Shown piece by piece: positions 25,301 to 27,992 of a DNA stretch of 27,992 bases. Position numbers and translations under genes: made by a program. This DNA comes from an uncultured Eubacteriales bacterium (GTDB taxonomy: Bacteria; Bacillota; Clostridia; Oscillospirales; Acutalibacteraceae). Numbering within the stretch: the first letter of the stretch is position 1; each line of letters opens with the position of its first letter. The notes under the pieces were generated by a model. That model was not told where the DNA came from and did not search any database. It saw nothing but the letters and a program-made list of their open reading frames with translations. Location of the stretch: the NCBI GenBank assembly GCA_964394885.1, contig CAYMZO010000001.1, positions 1 through 27,992 on the forward strand, given 5' to 3'.

Positions 25301-26593
25301 TTATTTATAATTCTTAACTAATTCTTTGAAGTGATTACCCTTCTCTTCAAAGTTTTTATATTTATTATAGCTTGATGCGGCAGGAGAAAGCAAACAGCTT
25401 TTGCCTTTTGCTGTTTTCGCAAAGGCTATTTCAACTGCCTTTTCCATATCCTCTGCATAATACACTGTATTGTTTTCGATTTTTTCAAGCTCTTTTCCGA
25501 TTTTATATCCTGTTTCAGGCAAGCATACTATATTTGAAACATTACTATTGGCAAGACTTTCAACAAAATCTGTATAATCTATTCCTCTATCCATTCCGCC
25601 AATAATCAAAGTGTCTACATCTTTTAAAGCATCAACTGCAAGCATAACGGCTGTTGGTATTGTGGCTATACAGTCGTTATAAAACTTAACTCCCTTAAAT
25701 GTGCCTACAAGCTCCATTCTATGTGGAATTCCATAAAATTCGGCAACTCCCTTTTCGATTGCCTCATTGCTTGCATTAAACAGGCTTGCGGCAGCTGCTG
25801 CAAAGAAAATATCCTGTGCATTATGCTTTCCTTTAAGATGAGAATTCAGCTTTGCAAGCTTTGCCAAAAATTCATTGTCCTCATCGGCATTCATTGAAAT
25901 TTCAATACGTCTTGAATTTATTTTCATATCTGTAAATTCTGAAATTTTTTGGTCTGCATTAGTTATAAATATGTCGTTTTCATTCTGGAATTTTACAACG
26001 TTAAGCTTTGCATTTACATATCCCTCAAAGCCGTTGTAATGGTCAAGATGCTCCGGATATATGTTGGTTATTATTGCAACTTCAGGAGATGTTTTTACAA
26101 ACTCAAGTTGGTGTGATGACATTTCAACAACTGCAACCATATCGTCGCAATCGTCTATCTTTTCAAAAACAGGCACACCGATATTGCCAATTAAGCAAGT
26201 GGAAATTCCAGCCGCCTTAAGCATTTTATAGGTGAGAGTTGAAGTTGTAGTCTTGCCTTTTGTTCCTGTAATTCCGATTTTTTTGCAAGGTGCAAACCTT
26301 AGGAACAAATCCATTTGACAGGTTATATCTACATCTTCATTTATCTTAACATCACGAACAGAGATTCCCGGACTTTTCATAACAACATCATAGTCATTTA
26401 TTGAATTCATATAATTGTTTCCGCAAATACAGGTTACATTATCATCGTCAACATTTATATGGTTTTGGTCTGCTATTGTAAGCTTAAAGTCGGGCAAATA
26501 CCTCCTTATATAATTGTAGGTAGAACGTCCTTCTCTTCCAAATCCAAGAATAAGGACCTTTTTTCCTTTAAAATACTCAAATGCCTGAGACAT
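25301..26593 (-). CDS. murD: UDP-N-acetylmuramoyl-L-alanine--glutamate ligase, MurD family, probably the MurD2 (L-Glu) type
   Basis: ILGFGREG, KSPGI, P-loop GITGTKGKTTT, GNIG, EMSSHQL, NIYPEHLDHY, HRME, LLSPAASSY. The canonical NDSK.TN motif reads NDCIATIP. Overlaps the murL-like stop. Confidence 0.88.
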   Translation of the reverse strand: MSQAFEYFKGKKVLILGFGREGRSTYNYIRRYLPDFKLTIADQNHINVDDDNVTCICGNNYMNSINDYDVVMKSPGISVRDVKINEDVDITCQMDLFLRFAPCKKIGITGTKGKTTTSTLTYKMLKAAGISTCLIGNIGVPVFEKIDDCDDMVAVVEMSSHQLEFVKTSPEVAIITNIYPEHLDHYNGFEGYVNAKLNVVKFQNENDIFITNADQKISEFTDMKINSRRIEISMNADEDNEFLAKLAKLNSHLKGKHNAQDIFFAAAAASLFNASNEAIEKGVAEFYGIPHRMELVGTFKGVKFYNDCIATIPTAVMLAVDALKDVDTLIIGGMDRGIDYTDFVESLANSNVSNIVCLPETGYKIGKELEKIENNTVYYAEDMEKAVEIAFAKTAKGKSCLLSPAASSYNKYKNFEEKGNHFKELVKNYK

Positions 26594-27953
26594 AAGTGTA
26601 CATCCCCCTTACTGCCGGTAAAAATTTTTCCGGCACATTATTTTGTGCGTTATATTCTTTTATAAGATTATTAAAGTTATTATAATCAATACTGTTCTTC
26701 CTATTGACATAATAGTCTAATAATTTTGGTGCTTTTTTATTTGCACTTTGAAGTTTACTCCAAGTGCTTGCAAGTGCTGAATTAATTTCTTCCTTTGTGC
26801 CTATACATTCAAACGGTTTTACATTGGAAAATCCAACCAATCCATCAAAAATATCTTTTAATGCCTCGTTATCAAGCAGATTTTCTCCAAATACAGAAAT
26901 CAATTCTTCCTCAGATAAAAAGGGCGATAATATGATGTATACAAAAAGGCATTTTGCACATTTTGCACACCATATATTTTTTTTACTTCCTACATTACAG
27001 CTTTTAAAAACACTATGATACTTTGTAAATGCTGAAAACTGCTTTGCAATCTGCAACTCGTTAAAAGCACGGAGCAGGCTAAAATATCTAATATCATCTG
27101 TAATATTATTTTTCACATAATTATTAAAATCACATTCAAATTCATACGACTTTGAATACTGATGATTAATATCCGTTCCATCAATATTGCTTTCATTTGC
27201 ACTGGATTCGTTTGATAAAACGATGTATTCTCCACCGACTAAATACGCACAATAAAGGCTCAAAAATGCCACAATAGCTGAAAACGGAGTGTGTCCGTTA
27301 AGGTATCCCTGTACATTTAGTTCTAAAAGCTTTTTGTCTATCGTTCTATATGTCCTTATAATCTTACTATCATCATAACCGGCTGCCATAGCCGATTCTT
27401 CTCTTGCAGGCTGGTCATTTACCGTAAAGCAATAATTACAAGCACTAAAATCTTTTAAAAGCTCCATTGTTACATTAGAGTCCTTGCCACCGCCAACGGG
27501 AATAATATTTTTTCCGCTCTTTTTAAATCTGTAATTTGAATTTTCATTATGATATTCCGACTCTATTTCAACGAAACTGTTAAAATCAGTTTTTATATTG
27601 TTCCTGTAAAAAAATTCAGAAAGTCCATTATAGTAAAGCTTTTTCCACCAGTTACAATCTTCGTTCGAAAGATACCCGCACTTTACTATTATCTTTTTAG
27701 GGCATGCACATTTCCAATAGCTTACAAGTTCAACCATACCAAGATTAAATATTATTTTTTTTGCCATATCACTGTCAAAGGGATTTATTATATCAAGGTT
27801 TGTCGTTCTTATCCTTGTGGACGGATGGAATTTAACATCTCCCATTGTGAATTCATATTCAACATCAATAAAGCCATCGGCACTTGACAGCTTATAGCCA
27901 TCATATATAAACGTGCTATACTTTTGCCTTAATTCTTCAAAACGGATTTGCAT
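26577..27953 (-). CDS. murL: UDP-MurNAc-L-Ala-L-Glu epimerase (MurL-like, ATP-dependent PP-loop protein)
   Basis: PP-loop VGGGKDS, LNGHTPFSA, SNESSANE, NHQYSKS.EFE, SCN...WCAKCAKCLF, KPFECIG; coupled to murD. The family assignment is from remembered motifs plus synteny, not from a search. Confidence 0.78.
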   Translation of the reverse strand: MQIRFEELRQKYSTFIYDGYKLSSADGFIDVEYEFTMGDVKFHPSTRIRTTNLDIINPFDSDMAKKIIFNLGMVELVSYWKCACPKKIIVKCGYLSNEDCNWWKKLYYNGLSEFFYRNNIKTDFNSFVEIESEYHNENSNYRFKKSGKNIIPVGGGKDSNVTMELLKDFSACNYCFTVNDQPAREESAMAAGYDDSKIIRTYRTIDKKLLELNVQGYLNGHTPFSAIVAFLSLYCAYLVGGEYIVLSNESSANESNIDGTDINHQYSKSYEFECDFNNYVKNNITDDIRYFSLLRAFNELQIAKQFSAFTKYHSVFKSCNVGSKKNIWCAKCAKCLFVYIILSPFLSEEELISVFGENLLDNEALKDIFDGLVGFSNVKPFECIGTKEEINSALASTWSKLQSANKKAPKLLDYYVNRKNSIDYNNFNNLIKEYNAQNNVPEKFLPAVRGMYTYVSGI

Positions 27954-27992
27954 ACTTGCCCTCCACTCTTCTAATAACTATTATTATAGAGC

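Noticed and set aside
236-27887. Numerous 60-130 aa antisense or alternate-frame ORFs in the track (e.g. 17101-17490, 19338-19727, 20108-20467, 27549-27887)
   Set aside because: They lie entirely within well-supported genes, lack RBSs and show no recognisable motifs.
1-27992. CRISPR arrays, IS elements, prophage, tRNA or rRNA genes
   Set aside because: No repeat-spacer arrays, transposase/integrase ORFs or structured RNA gene signatures were seen; the spacers are short and explained by promoters and terminators.

Overview
AT-rich chromosomal housekeeping region from a spore-forming Clostridia-type Firmicute. spoIIE is present; Oscillospiraceae-like affiliation is only an inference. I saw no mobile element, CRISPR array, tRNA or rRNA. 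Gene order: Fe-dependent alcohol dehydrogenase; glycogen phosphorylase + GH13 glycosidase; spoIIE; USP-like protein; mtnN (-); zapA-U32/RlhA-like-dut; a (-) operon of a polar amino-acid ABC transporter ending in an acyltransferase-3 gene; mgtE (-); Zn-type ABC transporter (+); PLP aminotransferase-trpS (-); class II fba; a YbhB/YbcL (PEBP) lipoprotein; and a (-) operon murL-like epimerase -> divergent murD -> unannotated 39-aa membrane peptide. Three signals stand out. (1) An unannotated 29-codon leader ORF with a strong RBS lies in the mgtE 5' leader, which has no M-box riboswitch but does have hairpins that would hide the mgtE RBS; this is a candidate ribosome-mediated Mg2+-sensing attenuator. 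(2) A MurL/MurD2-type alternative route to D-Glu in peptidoglycan appears in a clostridial genome. (3) That operon carries a third gene missing from the ORF track, a 39-aa single-TM peptide. A perfect inverted pair of Spo0A-box heptamers inside a structured intergenic region is also noted. No searches or folding programs were run; all calls rest on motifs read by eye.
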